The notes: generated by a model from the letters alone, not told the origin. DNA of 64,000 nucleotides from a bacterium (GCA_963693055.1 OY843751.1:3552001-3616000), one strand, 5' to 3'. Numbered from the stretch's first letter, positions 40,322 to 50,942 are shown. Made by a program: numbers and translations.

Positions 40322-41467
40322 CTAGATAAAATCAGGCCATTTATAACTACCCGGCTTGACGGTTAAATTTATTTCCGGGTGGCAGGCAACGTTCATTCGA
40401 ACTACACCGGGCCCAAGCTCTTGAATTGGAATAAATCTTTGCCATCCCATATGTCTTACAATTGCAGATGCAGTTGATCCGCCTTCAATAAACAATTCAT
40501 TTACTTTAAACTGGACAAGAATTTTAGCTACAATTACAGTAACAAGCTCTAATAACCTTTCAGTCAAGTTTTCAATAGGCGGAAGACTCTGACTGACTGC
40601 AATTACCAATTTTTCACATCCGTATATTTCTTTTAATATATTGTTTACCCATTCATCAATAGATTTTTCTTTATTCTTTTCAAGTTCTAAAAACGATGCG
40701 GGAATCTCTCCCAGAATGAATTGTTTCTGCCCAAACATCTTTATCGAGTTTACTCTATTCGGTGAATTACTACCGCAAACACAAAGAACATTTTTTGAAA
40801 AATCTGGTAAAGATTCAAGCTCAATTTCCTGACGCTCAAATTGAGAACCAAGCAAAGCATCAAAATAATCAGAACTACCAGCAGGCAGTGTATTCGCTGG
40901 ATTGATATTTGTCCAGAATTTCATTTCCATGCTATTATTGCATTCACCAATAACAATTCCAGCCTCAGGGACTCCCTGATCTACAGAACGATATTCTATC
41001 AGCATTTCGTCGGATTCATTGAATCGTTTTAAAACATCAGATACTGTAACGGGAAAATCAATATCATGTGCAAATTCAGTTTCATCTAGAGGTACACCAT
41101 GTATATAATAATGCCCACCATCAATAACCCGACCGGCAGATGGATTTGCGGGCACAAGTAAAGCTAATGGTATATGTAATTGATTCATCATTTCTTTTAT
41201 CTCTGGCAACAAATGTCCCCGAAGAACGGAATCAATCTTTTTATAAATCCACTCCGGAGAAAGATTTTTCAATATTGTTGCTATTTCAGCAATCTTTTCA
41301 ACTGCACTTTTTTCAGTAGATGACCGGGTATTAGAATCGATTATAAGCAAATCTGACTCGCAACTGGAAATGGGCTTTGTACATATTTCAACACGTTTAC
41401 CATAACGAAGCGCGATTCCTCCCATTTCAGCACTACCCGAAAAATCATCAGCTACTACTGCTATCAT
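40322..41467 (-). CDS. Four-carbon acid-sugar kinase (DUF1537; DtnK/DenK family)
   Basis: ADDFSG, YKKIDSVLRGH, PANPSAGR, GS, EGGSTA, VKPGS. Confidence 0.85.
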   Translation of the reverse strand: MIAVVADDFSGSAEMGGIALRYGKRVEICTKPISSCESDLLIIDSNTRSSTEKSAVEKIAEIATILKNLSPEWIYKKIDSVLRGHLLPEIKEMMNQLHIPLALLVPANPSAGRVIDGGHYYIHGVPLDETEFAHDIDFPVTVSDVLKRFNESDEMLIEYRSVDQGVPEAGIVIGECNNSMEMKFWTNINPANTLPAGSSDYFDALLGSQFERQEIELESLPDFSKNVLCVCGSNSPNRVNSIKMFGQKQFILGEIPASFLELEKNKEKSIDEWVNNILKEIYGCEKLVIAVSQSLPPIENLTERLLELVTVIVAKILVQFKVNELFIEGGSTASAIVRHMGWQRFIPIQELGPGVVRMNVACHPEINLTVKPGSYKWPDFI

Positions 41468-41520
41468 TTAAAACTCCTTGTCAACATCGCCCTGCTGAAT
41501 TCTTTTACCACTTTCATATT

Positions 41521-42561
41521 CTATTTTCTGCTCCTTGCCATTGTTATAGCATATTCAATAGCATAAATCAAAGCCATGGGACTTGCAATCCCTTGCCCTG
41601 CAATTTCAAATGCTGTTCCGTGATCCACAGAAGTTCTAATGATGGGTAAACCCAATGTAATATTCACGCCACTAACATTTTGCATTTGCTGCTTTTTATT
41701 GTCCCACTTGAAACCTATCAGTTTGAACGGTATATGTCCCTGGTCATGATACATAGCCACACATCCGTCATAATATCCACCAACTGCCTTGGGGAACAAG
41801 GTATCTGGTGGAACAGGGCCTTCCACGTCCATCCCCTCGCCAACCGCTTGTTCAATGGCTGGACGTATATGCTTTATCTCTTCATCTCCAAAAAGCCCAC
41901 CATCTCCCGAATGCGGATTCAATCCTGCCACACCTATCCGGGGATTAGATACGCCAAATTGCCTGCAGGCCGCTTCCATAAGCTTGATAACATCCACAAT
42001 ACGATCTTTGGTTATAATTTCACAAGCCTGATGTAAAGAAACATGGGTCGTGACATGTATAACCCGAAAATTACCATGTGCAAGCAGCATGGCAACACTG
42101 GGTGTGTTGGTTAATTCAGCATAAATCTCAGTATGACCGGAATAATGATGTCCGGCAAGATTCATAGATTCCTTGTTCAGGGGGCTGGTTACTGTAGCGT
42201 CTATCTCTCCTACAAGAGCAAGTTCAATGACTTTTTTAACAGATTGATACGCGGCATTGCCACACATAGCATTGATTTCACCATATTGCAATTGCTCCAT
42301 ATTTACCAGATCCAGATCCATTACATCAATGGTGCCGCATTCAAATCTCGCATCACTTACTCGAGTACTTTTGTGGATATATAAATCCTTTCCACTAAAA
42401 GTCATTGCTTGTTGTAAAACATTTGCATCACCTATTACTATAGGCTTACACTTTTCATAAATATCAGGAAAGGCCAATGCCTTTATAATAATCTCTGGCC
42501 CTATTCCGGCCGGATCTCCCATTGATATTCCTAATATGGGTTTTGATTCAACATTTGACAT
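41521..42561 (-). CDS. pdxA2: PdxA-family oxidative decarboxylase; probable D-threonate-4-phosphate dehydrogenase (PdxA2)
   Basis: MGDPAGIGPE, GHTE, HVTTH, LNPHSG, MYHDQGHIP, RTSVDHGTAF; adjacent to a DUF1537 kinase. Confidence 0.8.
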   Translation of the reverse strand: MSNVESKPILGISMGDPAGIGPEIIIKALAFPDIYEKCKPIVIGDANVLQQAMTFSGKDLYIHKSTRVSDARFECGTIDVMDLDLVNMEQLQYGEINAMCGNAAYQSVKKVIELALVGEIDATVTSPLNKESMNLAGHHYSGHTEIYAELTNTPSVAMLLAHGNFRVIHVTTHVSLHQACEIITKDRIVDVIKLMEAACRQFGVSNPRIGVAGLNPHSGDGGLFGDEEIKHIRPAIEQAVGEGMDVEGPVPPDTLFPKAVGGYYDGCVAMYHDQGHIPFKLIGFKWDNKKQQMQNVSGVNITLGLPIIRTSVDHGTAFEIAGQGIASPMALIYAIEYAITMARSRK

Positions 42562-42574
42562 TTGTACTTTTTCT

Positions 42575-43501
42575 CTAATTCATCAATTCTTTTAATGCGA
42601 TTTCGATTTGTTGCGCCTCTAATAACGATAATGCTAAAATCGGTGGCAATACAACTTTTTCACACAATCCGAGTGAATGCATGCATACTTTGAGTGCTGC
42701 AAGAGACTGGCTTAGAATGCGATCTTTTTGGTATACAAGAGATATATCATTGGTCGCCTTTTGCAGCGTTTCTGCCTGTTCTCTCTCTCCTTTTATTGCG
42801 GCATTGTACAAATCCCGATACATACCAGGAACGATATTTCCGGTACTGGGTACAATCCCATCCGCACCATTTAAAAGCGCATATGTAGATTGTGCGGCCC
42901 AGCCTATTAGAAAACTAAAATCACTATTGTCTTTCCACAGGGTTATACATTTATCCAGCCTTGCTGGGTCTCGTTCAGAGTCTTTTAATCCTGAAATATT
43001 GGGATGTTTACTCAACGTTTCTAAAACATCCAGAGGAATGGACATCCCCGTAGTTCCGGGGATATTGTATACAATCAACGGGACAGGACTGGCATCTGCA
43101 AGCTTCTCAAAATACTGCAACATATGATTTGGGGTCAATGGATAATATTCCGGTAAATGTGCTACTACCGCATCAACACCCAAGTCTGCAAATTGCCGGG
43201 CCATTTCAACACTGATCTGAAAACAAGTGCTGTCAATACCTGCATATGTCAACTCTTTTTTGTTCGTCACACTTACCATTTCCGAAACCAGCTTAACTTT
43301 TTGATCCAAAGGTATGGATGCCGCTTCTCCGGTTGTTCCCAATACAAAGGGACTGGTTTTGGCAGCAACCAGATGCTCGGTAATTTTGGCAACGGCTCTT
43401 GTATCAACTTTATTCGAGTTAGTAAAAGGTGAAACCATGGGTACAACCACACCGCTGTATTTTTTTCGACTAGTCAATATACATTCCTGTTTATAATGCA
43501 T
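42575..43501 (-). CDS. DHDPS/NAL-family class I aldolase; candidate Dha aldolase
   Basis: GTTGE, IVYNIP, Schiff-base GLKDS; probable TTG start at 43477. Confidence 0.85.
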   Translation of the reverse strand: MHYKQECILTSRKKYSGVVVPMVSPFTNSNKVDTRAVAKITEHLVAAKTSPFVLGTTGEAASIPLDQKVKLVSEMVSVTNKKELTYAGIDSTCFQISVEMARQFADLGVDAVVAHLPEYYPLTPNHMLQYFEKLADASPVPLIVYNIPGTTGMSIPLDVLETLSKHPNISGLKDSERDPARLDKCITLWKDNSDFSFLIGWAAQSTYALLNGADGIVPSTGNIVPGMYRDLYNAAIKGEREQAETLQKATNDISLVYQKDRILSQSLAALKVCMHSLGLCEKVVLPPILALSLLEAQQIEIALKELMN

Positions 43502-44636
43502 TCATATAAATTTCAGTGGCAATTTTTTCATCTATTGTGAGTGGATTATTTTTCAATAATCGGGTAACGGTTAATGCAGATTTAACCATGCCGGGTATAT
43601 CATCCATTGTAATGCCAAATTCTGACATTTTGAATGGTATACCAATATTTTTCATCAGGGATTTAAGAGATTCCACTCCGGCCATAGCAGTATCTAAATC
43701 AGTATCAGCAAGATCTGCTCCCAATGCCAATGCAATCTGCGCAAATCGCTCCGGTGCGGATGGTATGCTTGCTTGCATTACATATGGCATCATAACCGCT
43801 ATGGACAATCCATGGGGTACATGAAATTCTCCGCCCAGGGGATACGCCAACGCGTGAACAGCCGCAGTGTTAACAGGGCCCAGGCACATACCGCCATACA
43901 TACTCCCCAAAGCCAATCTTGAACGGGCTTCTTTATCTTGTCCATTCTTCACCGCGGTTTCAAGATTTTCCGAAATATAGCGAATACCTTCAAGCGCATA
44001 CATATCTACCATGGGATGTGCGTTAATATTGATATACGACTCGAGGCAATGCGATAGAGCATCAATGCCTGTAAATGCAGTAACATTGGGTGGAACTGAT
44101 AAAGCCAACAACGGATCAATATAGACCCGATCAGGTACCAGCCAGGGGCTAATGATCCCTTTTTTCAGATTGTCATGTTCATCCAGCAATATAGAATTGG
44201 GAGACACTTCACTGCCCGTACCTGCGGTAGTTGGTAAACAGGCCAGGAATATTTCCCTACTCTGCAAATTACCAATGCCAATAGTATCATATATATCCTG
44301 ATTTTTATTACAGAGTGCTGCTACTATCTTGGCCAGATCCATTACACTGCCCCCACCTATAGCGGCTACACTATCGATACTATGACTTGATGCAATTTCC
44401 CGTATACGTTCTGCATCGCGAACTATGGGTTCATTAGCAAGATCATCAACAACAATTACGGAATCACAAGATTTTTGTAAAATTTTGATTTGTTCATCAA
44501 TAACAGGAACCAATGGTGCAATGGTTACAATTAATAAACTTTTAAACTTTAAGGATAAAATATCATCTACAAACTGATCAATGCAGTTTTCTCCGAAAAC
44601 AACATGACGTGGAAATGTAAAACTTGTATTTTTCAT
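43491..44636 (-). CDS. Iron-containing (family III) alcohol dehydrogenase / aldehyde reductase
   Basis: GGGSVMD, PTTAGTGSE, DALSHCLES, HALAY..HVPHG. Confidence 0.92.
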   Translation of the reverse strand: MKNTSFTFPRHVVFGENCIDQFVDDILSLKFKSLLIVTIAPLVPVIDEQIKILQKSCDSVIVVDDLANEPIVRDAERIREIASSHSIDSVAAIGGGSVMDLAKIVAALCNKNQDIYDTIGIGNLQSREIFLACLPTTAGTGSEVSPNSILLDEHDNLKKGIISPWLVPDRVYIDPLLALSVPPNVTAFTGIDALSHCLESYININAHPMVDMYALEGIRYISENLETAVKNGQDKEARSRLALGSMYGGMCLGPVNTAAVHALAYPLGGEFHVPHGLSIAVMMPYVMQASIPSAPERFAQIALALGADLADTDLDTAMAGVESLKSLMKNIGIPFKMSEFGITMDDIPGMVKSALTVTRLLKNNPLTIDEKIATEIYMNAL

Positions 44637-44662
44637 AATTTATAATATATTTCTCCCAAATA

Positions 44663-46549
44663 TTAGTATCTTGTTCTGAAATTCTTTAAATAATATACAA
44701 CAGGTGCAACAGGATCGTCAGGTCGTTTTTCATCAAATCCCGGTACAAATTGATCACCGCTTTTGTATTCGGTCACATCATTGGTTAAGCGATAATCGCC
44801 TGTACGAAAGATAATCCGTTCGGGAACAGTCCCTTTGGCAGAAAAAGCAGCGTTTGTTACCAACTTTTCGTCATTTAATGATAAATTAAACTGTTCTTTT
44901 TTTGCGTCCAGATCGATCATGACAGTATACCATTTCCCGGATTCAATTTCAGTAACAGATGTTGCATTGTTGTTCCCTTTTTTCACCAAAAGCGAACCGG
45001 TTGTGTCAAATCGGGCCTGTACCAAACGTTCTCCTTTGGCAGACACAACTTCAACATCAAGCACCTGGTGCTGACATTCTGCATATAAATCAAACGAGAT
45101 TTGCTGTTTTTCAGATTTATTAAATACCCGTACAGCCTTGGCATAGTCATAGGGATCCACATCTTTGAGCATCAAACATTTTTCAGATGCATAGGGTGCT
45201 ACTACAACCTCTACCGGGCACCATTTGGGGCTGTAAACATTCCAGTCTGTAACAACACCACCGGTTTCCATTTCATTAAAATTATCATTAATGGGACCTG
45301 TAACATCTCCGCGCACAGGCACCGGTATGCGCGAAATCCACATATCCTCTTTACTCACTGAATAAACAACCCAAAGATCATTGCCCGGGGGATTACCATT
45401 CCCTTCAATAATTCCTCGTACATATTGAGGTCCGGGTCTTTTTTCACGTCCCCAAAACCGTTTGAGGGGTACTTCACTGTGGACATTTAATAAATTATCG
45501 AAATGAATCCCATCATCTCCGGTAGCAATACTTAGTGGATGTCTGGCAAGGCCGCCAGTTGGATTATAAACCAATGCATACTGCCCGTTATCCATACGCT
45601 GTGCCCAAATCTTAGCACCGGCATAACTCAGAGTATTACATTGTACGGGTTCTGACCAGCTTTCTCCTTGATCAAAGCTCAAAGTAGTCCAGCGAGCTTT
45701 AAAGAAACCAACCAGTACACTGTCAGGACGGGTATAGTAACAAAAAGCCTGTCCCGGACTTTTCTCTCCATCGTCCATGATCCAGGGAACACGATAAAAA
45801 TCATCCTTGTTTGCTGCAGTGCGATCTTCTTCCCACCATTGTATGCGTTTGACCTTGTCATTTAAAAAAGCATCACAGGCAGATACAAAACCTTTATCAT
45901 TAGATTCTGTATACATGGGGTAAGTCATGTCTTTTTTACGCCCAAAGTTGGCTTTGATACTGTAAATGGGACCAAAGGTATTGTCCTTATAAACTTCACG
46001 CACAACTCGTCCAACACCGTCACCTTTATTGCCGCCATAAAAACCAAAAGCCAACAGCCTGCCATCAGGTGCTACATAAAAAGCCATACGTTGGTGCATG
46101 TGAATGAGATCTACCCAGTCGCCTTCTCCCGGTAAAAAATAGATGGGAAATATAACCTGGGGCTTGCTCCAGTTTTTGCCATCTTTAGACATTGCAACAA
46201 GTGTTACGCCCGGTGGAATGTGTTCACCAGTGGGATTTGACAGATAAATACAATAAAACATGCCATTCCAATATGTCAGCATAGGTGCATGGTTATAGGT
46301 CCACCCCATATCATCAGCCAGCTCGGGATGGGTGCGGTTGGCCCGCAATATCTGATAATTTTGTACACCCACAGCGGGACGGAATTGTCCGTCATGGTAA
46401 CCTGAATCATAATCGCTATTTGACGTGGTTACCGGCCCAACATAGCGTACCGGTTCAGATTTATCTCCAGGTTTAGCATAAATTTGGATAATACTTGACA
46501 ATACAATCAGCAGAGTTGATATAATGTGTTCAATTTTCATTCGTTCCAT
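44663..46549 (-). CDS. GH143-like Dha (3-deoxy-D-lyxo-2-heptulosaric acid) hydrolase, stand-alone, secreted
   Basis: Signal peptide; YHDGQFRPAVGV..RANRTHPE..GWTYNHAPML, GEHIPPG, MHQRMAFY, GVGRVVRE, QWWEED, AKIWAQR, GPQYVRGI, YSVSKEDMW recalled as the BT1020 N-terminal domain pattern; RG-II context. Confidence 0.72.
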   Translation of the reverse strand: MERMKIEHIISTLLIVLSSIIQIYAKPGDKSEPVRYVGPVTTSNSDYDSGYHDGQFRPAVGVQNYQILRANRTHPELADDMGWTYNHAPMLTYWNGMFYCIYLSNPTGEHIPPGVTLVAMSKDGKNWSKPQVIFPIYFLPGEGDWVDLIHMHQRMAFYVAPDGRLLAFGFYGGNKGDGVGRVVREVYKDNTFGPIYSIKANFGRKKDMTYPMYTESNDKGFVSACDAFLNDKVKRIQWWEEDRTAANKDDFYRVPWIMDDGEKSPGQAFCYYTRPDSVLVGFFKARWTTLSFDQGESWSEPVQCNTLSYAGAKIWAQRMDNGQYALVYNPTGGLARHPLSIATGDDGIHFDNLLNVHSEVPLKRFWGREKRPGPQYVRGIIEGNGNPPGNDLWVVYSVSKEDMWISRIPVPVRGDVTGPINDNFNEMETGGVVTDWNVYSPKWCPVEVVVAPYASEKCLMLKDVDPYDYAKAVRVFNKSEKQQISFDLYAECQHQVLDVEVVSAKGERLVQARFDTTGSLLVKKGNNNATSVTEIESGKWYTVMIDLDAKKEQFNLSLNDEKLVTNAAFSAKGTVPERIIFRTGDYRLTNDVTEYKSGDQFVPGFDEKRPDDPVAPVVYYLKNFRTRY

Positions 46550-46573
46550 GAGTTTTCCATAATTTATAATGTA

Positions 46574-49279
46574 TTAAAAATGATCAGCTATACCTTCGGA
46601 AAGGAACTGATAACTACCGGATTCAAGTTCAAAAATCACCAAGTCATCCTTTATTTCAATAAAACGTACGCCAACAGATTGATCAACAGGAGCCATATTC
46701 TCCTTGACCTGTTTTATATTCACGGCAGGTAAATGCAATTCTGCTGTTGTATTTGCGGGTATGGTCACATCCAGAACCAGATCATTGTCACGGATTTTCC
46801 AGCTTGACTCGATACGGCCATACAAGGATGTATAATGCGAATTGACATACGTTATTCTCTTGTTGGGTTGCGGCTTTAACAGGATTTTTCTAAATCCGAC
46901 CTCTTTGGCATCAATACCGGCCATGACCGAAAACATCCATTCACAAACAGAACCAAACGCATAATGACTGAATGAATTCATACCATCGGGGTTAAAACCG
47001 CCATCAATGGTATAACTGTTCCAGCGTTCCCAAATTGTGGTAGCGCCATTAACTACCGAATAACCCCATGATGGAAAATCTGTATTTAAAAGCAATTGAT
47101 AAGCAATATCCGTATAACCGAAACGGGTCAATGAGGGCAGCAGATGTTTAACGCCCAGAAAACCGGTTGCCAGATTACCATTATTTTCTTTAATCAAATC
47201 AGCAAGATATTTTGCAGCCCTTGCCTCCTGCTGTGAATCCAGCAGCCCAAAATAAAGTGCCAGAGTATAACTGGTTTGTGTATGTTCAGAGATGCGACCA
47301 TTACTTGCCACATATTTATCTTTGAATGCCAGACGGATTTTTTCAAAAAGATCAGTGTAATAATCAATGTCACTATTTTTTCCCAGAACTGAAGCCATTT
47401 CAGCCATCAGTTTCACATCATACGCGTAAAATGCACTGGCCAAATAATCAAGCGATGTCTGTGCGCCGATTGCCAGCCAGTCACCCCAGTCATTTTCATT
47501 TGCCGCAAGTAGGTAACCATCAGAACGATTGTTCATATAGTCTATAAATTTTTGCATTGCCGGATACATGTACTCGAGCAGACGTTTATCTCCATACATC
47601 TGATAGATAACCCAGGGTACAATAACGCCGGCATCTACCCATCCCGAGGCTTGTTCATTTTTGAATACAAATGAATACGGTGCCCAATCGGTAAAAATCC
47701 CATCATTTTTTTGTGCGTCTACCAGATCAACCAACCATTTACGCATAAAGGAAGCAATATTTGCATTATATGCTGCGGACCGGACATAGATTTGCGCATC
47801 TCCGCTCCATCCACAACGTTCATCTCGTTGCGGGCAATCAGTAGGCACTTCAAAGAAATTGGACCGCTGGGTCCACAATATATTGCTGTATAATTGGTTC
47901 ACCATATCATCAGAGCACTCTAACCGTCCTGCCGGGTGAATATCAGAATTCACAATAATACCGGTTACTGTATGTTCATCCGGCACAAAAGACAATCCTC
48001 GTACCTCAACATACTGAAAGCCGTGATAAGTGAAACGTGGCTGCCAGAGTTCCGTACCGTCACCATTCAGGATATATGTATCAATCGCTCTGGCAAAACG
48101 CAGGTTCTCGGTCATTAAACTGCCGTCGGGATGGAGCATTTCACCATAACGGATTACAACCTTGCTGCCTGCCTCTCCTGTCACTTTGATCCGTGCAAAA
48201 CCTGCAAAATTTTGTCCCATATTAAAAAGGTACACACCTTGTTCAGGTTCGGTAATTTCAACAGGTGTCATTTCTCCTGTCATACGTACTGGCACAGTAG
48301 GATAAGCCTCTAAAACACCTTTTGCAGGTTCAATGAGATCAACCGGTTTCCAGGTTTTTTCTATATAGCCTGCAAGGTTCCAACCTAAAAGTTCGCTACA
48401 GGCATCATAGGTTTCGCCCATGAACAGGTCCGCTTCTTTAATCGGGCCTATGGCAGTAGTCCATGACGAATCAGAACAGATGACTTGTTTCTCGCCATTT
48501 TCCAGCTCCACTTCCAACTGACACAACAGCGCGGGGGTATCGCCATATTGGTTACGGGGATTGGGGATATTTTGGTCCAGGCAAAACCCTACATAACCGG
48601 CATACCAACCATCAGCAAGTATGGCACCAATGGAATTTTCACCCTTGAATAAATAATGTGTTACATCAAAAGTATGATAATAGATACGTTTGTTATAATC
48701 TGTCCAACCGGGCACAAACATCCGTTTTCCAACTTTATCACCATTAATTGAAGGCTCTACCAACCCCAATGCAGTGACATACAACGTTGCCTTGGCTGGA
48801 GTCTCATCAAGCTCGAACGTTTTCCGCAGAAATGGGCTGGGCGGCAATCTCAAATCTTTACCGCGAAATTCAGCAGGATAGTCGTTCAAATTCCGGTTAC
48901 GCCCTATCCATTGGGCTTGCCAGTCATCCTTCTCAAGCAATCCCATAGACCACATATTAATATCACTCCAGGGTGACCATGTGTCATCTTTGTCCCAAAT
49001 TCTGACTTGCCAGTAACAGTGCATACGGGATTTCAAAGGTTTTCCCTTGTAAGGAACAAGCACGCACTGATCACTCGTTATTTTACCGGAATCCCAGAGA
49101 TCAGCAAAGTCACGTCTCAACAAGTCCTGGCCGGAAGCCACACGAATCTGATACGCGGTCTGTTTTTGACCGCGTTGTTCAGATTCAATAATCCAGCTTA
49201 AACCCGGTTGAGTAACATCAATCCCAAGGGGATTATCGAGGTACTCACAGGTTAGTTTATTTACACTTGCATCTGTCAT
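46574..49279 (-). CDS. GH78 alpha-L-rhamnosidase without signal peptide
   Basis: LTCEYLDNPLGID, LWDSGK, GQNFAG, PRFTYHGFQY, PTDCPQRDERCGWSGDA, GATTIWERWN, MNSFSHY. Confidence 0.93.
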   Translation of the reverse strand: MTDASVNKLTCEYLDNPLGIDVTQPGLSWIIESEQRGQKQTAYQIRVASGQDLLRRDFADLWDSGKITSDQCVLVPYKGKPLKSRMHCYWQVRIWDKDDTWSPWSDINMWSMGLLEKDDWQAQWIGRNRNLNDYPAEFRGKDLRLPPSPFLRKTFELDETPAKATLYVTALGLVEPSINGDKVGKRMFVPGWTDYNKRIYYHTFDVTHYLFKGENSIGAILADGWYAGYVGFCLDQNIPNPRNQYGDTPALLCQLEVELENGEKQVICSDSSWTTAIGPIKEADLFMGETYDACSELLGWNLAGYIEKTWKPVDLIEPAKGVLEAYPTVPVRMTGEMTPVEITEPEQGVYLFNMGQNFAGFARIKVTGEAGSKVVIRYGEMLHPDGSLMTENLRFARAIDTYILNGDGTELWQPRFTYHGFQYVEVRGLSFVPDEHTVTGIIVNSDIHPAGRLECSDDMVNQLYSNILWTQRSNFFEVPTDCPQRDERCGWSGDAQIYVRSAAYNANIASFMRKWLVDLVDAQKNDGIFTDWAPYSFVFKNEQASGWVDAGVIVPWVIYQMYGDKRLLEYMYPAMQKFIDYMNNRSDGYLLAANENDWGDWLAIGAQTSLDYLASAFYAYDVKLMAEMASVLGKNSDIDYYTDLFEKIRLAFKDKYVASNGRISEHTQTSYTLALYFGLLDSQQEARAAKYLADLIKENNGNLATGFLGVKHLLPSLTRFGYTDIAYQLLLNTDFPSWGYSVVNGATTIWERWNSYTIDGGFNPDGMNSFSHYAFGSVCEWMFSVMAGIDAKEVGFRKILLKPQPNKRITYVNSHYTSLYGRIESSWKIRDNDLVLDVTIPANTTAELHLPAVNIKQVKENMAPVDQSVGVRFIEIKDDLVIFELESGSYQFLSEGIADHF

Positions 49280-49461
49280 GAAGCTGTATCATCCTTTTTC
49301 TTTTGCATCCAAAACGGAGCAGTTAGAAACCATAAAAACATACCCGCCAGCATCAGCTGTGCGTGCAGGTTCCAGGAAATCACCTGTTTGAACACAAAAA
49401 ATGAGGGTAATATTGTCAAAGCCAGACCTATATATGACAATACCATTAATAAATTTCTCAT
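49276..49461 (-). CDS. 61-aa two-TM small membrane protein
   Basis: Two hydrophobic segments; starts 3 nt after the permease stop; its stop overlaps the GH78 start (ATGA). Confidence 0.7.
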   Translation of the reverse strand: MRNLLMVLSYIGLALTILPSFFVFKQVISWNLHAQLMLAGMFLWFLTAPFWMQKKKDDTAS

Positions 49462-49464
49462 AAC

Positions 49465-50901
49465 CTAGGCCTCCACGGTTTTGTTAAGATCAGTACTTTT
49501 AACACCAAACAGACCATATTTCTGTTCCAATGCGCTAAACACAATATAAAAGATTACGGTAATGAACCAGCCGGGAAGTGCCAGAAAATAGATTTCAAGG
49601 CTGTATTTAAAATACAGATAGAGACACACAGCCAGTGATCCACCCCATGCAAGCGCGGATGGAATACTGAACATTTTATTCATCAATTCAGCATAGTTGC
49701 TTTTCAATCCAATTTTTGGGAACACCCAGAAATCGATAAAAATAAATGCGCCAACTGGCATAAAAATGAGGCCATAAAGCGCAACAACTTCGGTTAAACG
49801 GTTTACAACCGCCGGAAACATGGCAATAATTGTAGTTGCAGTACCGGCAACCAGGGTCACTTTCCAACGTTTCCAGTTCGGTGTAGCCACCTGGAACGCC
49901 AAACCTGCACGGTACAGGGTAGGATTCGCAGTAGTCCATCCTGCAACCACAACGGTTACCGCACCAACAACACCTGCGCCTAACAATGCAATGGGACCGG
50001 GAGCAATGCTGTTATTGGGATTAATAGCAAGCGCAGCAGCACACAATATACCGGATGCTACCCAGGCCACGTAATGCCCTAAAAACATGCCAAAAGCGGA
50101 TGCAAAACCATAGGTCCATTTTTTTGCATAACGGAACAATGTCATGTCTGACATACCAATATGCTGATGAAGATTACACAACCATGAGAAAAAAATTACA
50201 TGCCAGATGGTGAATTTTGATTGGCCGGCAACTACATTACCAGTCCAGATTTTTTCATTGGCAACAGACCAAAAATCACCCAGTGAGGTCACACCCAGTT
50301 TGGGCAATACCGCAAAAGCAGATGCAACAAAGACCAGAAACATCCAAGGTGCGCTGACTTTGGCAAACTTGGCCAGTTTTTCAAAACCCAAAATGGCAAG
50401 TAAAGAAACCACTGTTCCCACTGCAAATACAACTACTACCCAGGTAACACCAGTGGGCATGGTATCTGTCAGTTTGGGCATGGGCATATTAAAAGGAAGT
50501 CCCACCGCGGTTGCCGAAACAGTAACCATAGCCCCGGCTAGAAGGCATAAAATTAATGCGTACAAAATCCCATAAATAAAAGTTAAATAGGGACCACAGA
50601 TTTTTCGGATCTGCCAGTAAACGGTCAAACGGGTCCTGACTGCGATTGGAGCGCAGTACAATGCCCAACTCAAAACCGCCAGAATATTACCAATGATTAG
50701 ACCGATAAACAGGTCAGGTGCGGTTACACCATGTACAACAAACAGGGGTCCTAACACAAATTCTGTTCCGGCAATATGCTCGCCAGAAAACATTGCAATA
50801 AAATTCGATGATCCCTGCAATTTGTCTTTTGACACGGGCTCACGGTCAAATTCATACAAACCGTCAAGCCGCTTGATCAATCCACCTTTTTCTTTACTCA
50901 A
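49465..50901 (-). CDS. NCS1/cytosine-permease-like secondary transporter
   Basis: TTG start after AGGAG; about 12 TM segments; GEHIAGTEF, DMTLFRYAK, GWTTANPTLYRAGLA. Confidence 0.72.
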   Translation of the reverse strand: MSKEKGGLIKRLDGLYEFDREPVSKDKLQGSSNFIAMFSGEHIAGTEFVLGPLFVVHGVTAPDLFIGLIIGNILAVLSWALYCAPIAVRTRLTVYWQIRKICGPYLTFIYGILYALILCLLAGAMVTVSATAVGLPFNMPMPKLTDTMPTGVTWVVVVFAVGTVVSLLAILGFEKLAKFAKVSAPWMFLVFVASAFAVLPKLGVTSLGDFWSVANEKIWTGNVVAGQSKFTIWHVIFFSWLCNLHQHIGMSDMTLFRYAKKWTYGFASAFGMFLGHYVAWVASGILCAAALAINPNNSIAPGPIALLGAGVVGAVTVVVAGWTTANPTLYRAGLAFQVATPNWKRWKVTLVAGTATTIIAMFPAVVNRLTEVVALYGLIFMPVGAFIFIDFWVFPKIGLKSNYAELMNKMFSIPSALAWGGSLAVCLYLYFKYSLEIYFLALPGWFITVIFYIVFSALEQKYGLFGVKSTDLNKTVEA

Positions 50902-50942
50902 AGTTCACTCCTGTAGATTGGGTTATATTGTTAAGTTAATTT

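Noticed and set aside
41521-43501. pdxA as vitamin B6 synthesis and dapA as lysine synthesis
   Set aside because: No pdxJ, dapB or asd nearby; adjacency to a DUF1537 kinase, Fe-ADH, SSS and GH143 indicates catabolic paralogues.
38738-44636. Module as a Kdo or sialic-acid catabolic pathway
   Set aside because: Aldol cleavage would give D-arabinose or ManNAc, which do not need a tetronate kinase or PdxA2, and no nanE/nanK is present. Dual Kdo activity of the aldolase is not excluded.
40322-44636. Apparent AT-richness suggesting recent horizontal acquisition of the Dha module
   Set aside because: Visual impression only; GC was not computed and no flanking repeats, integrase or transposase were seen.
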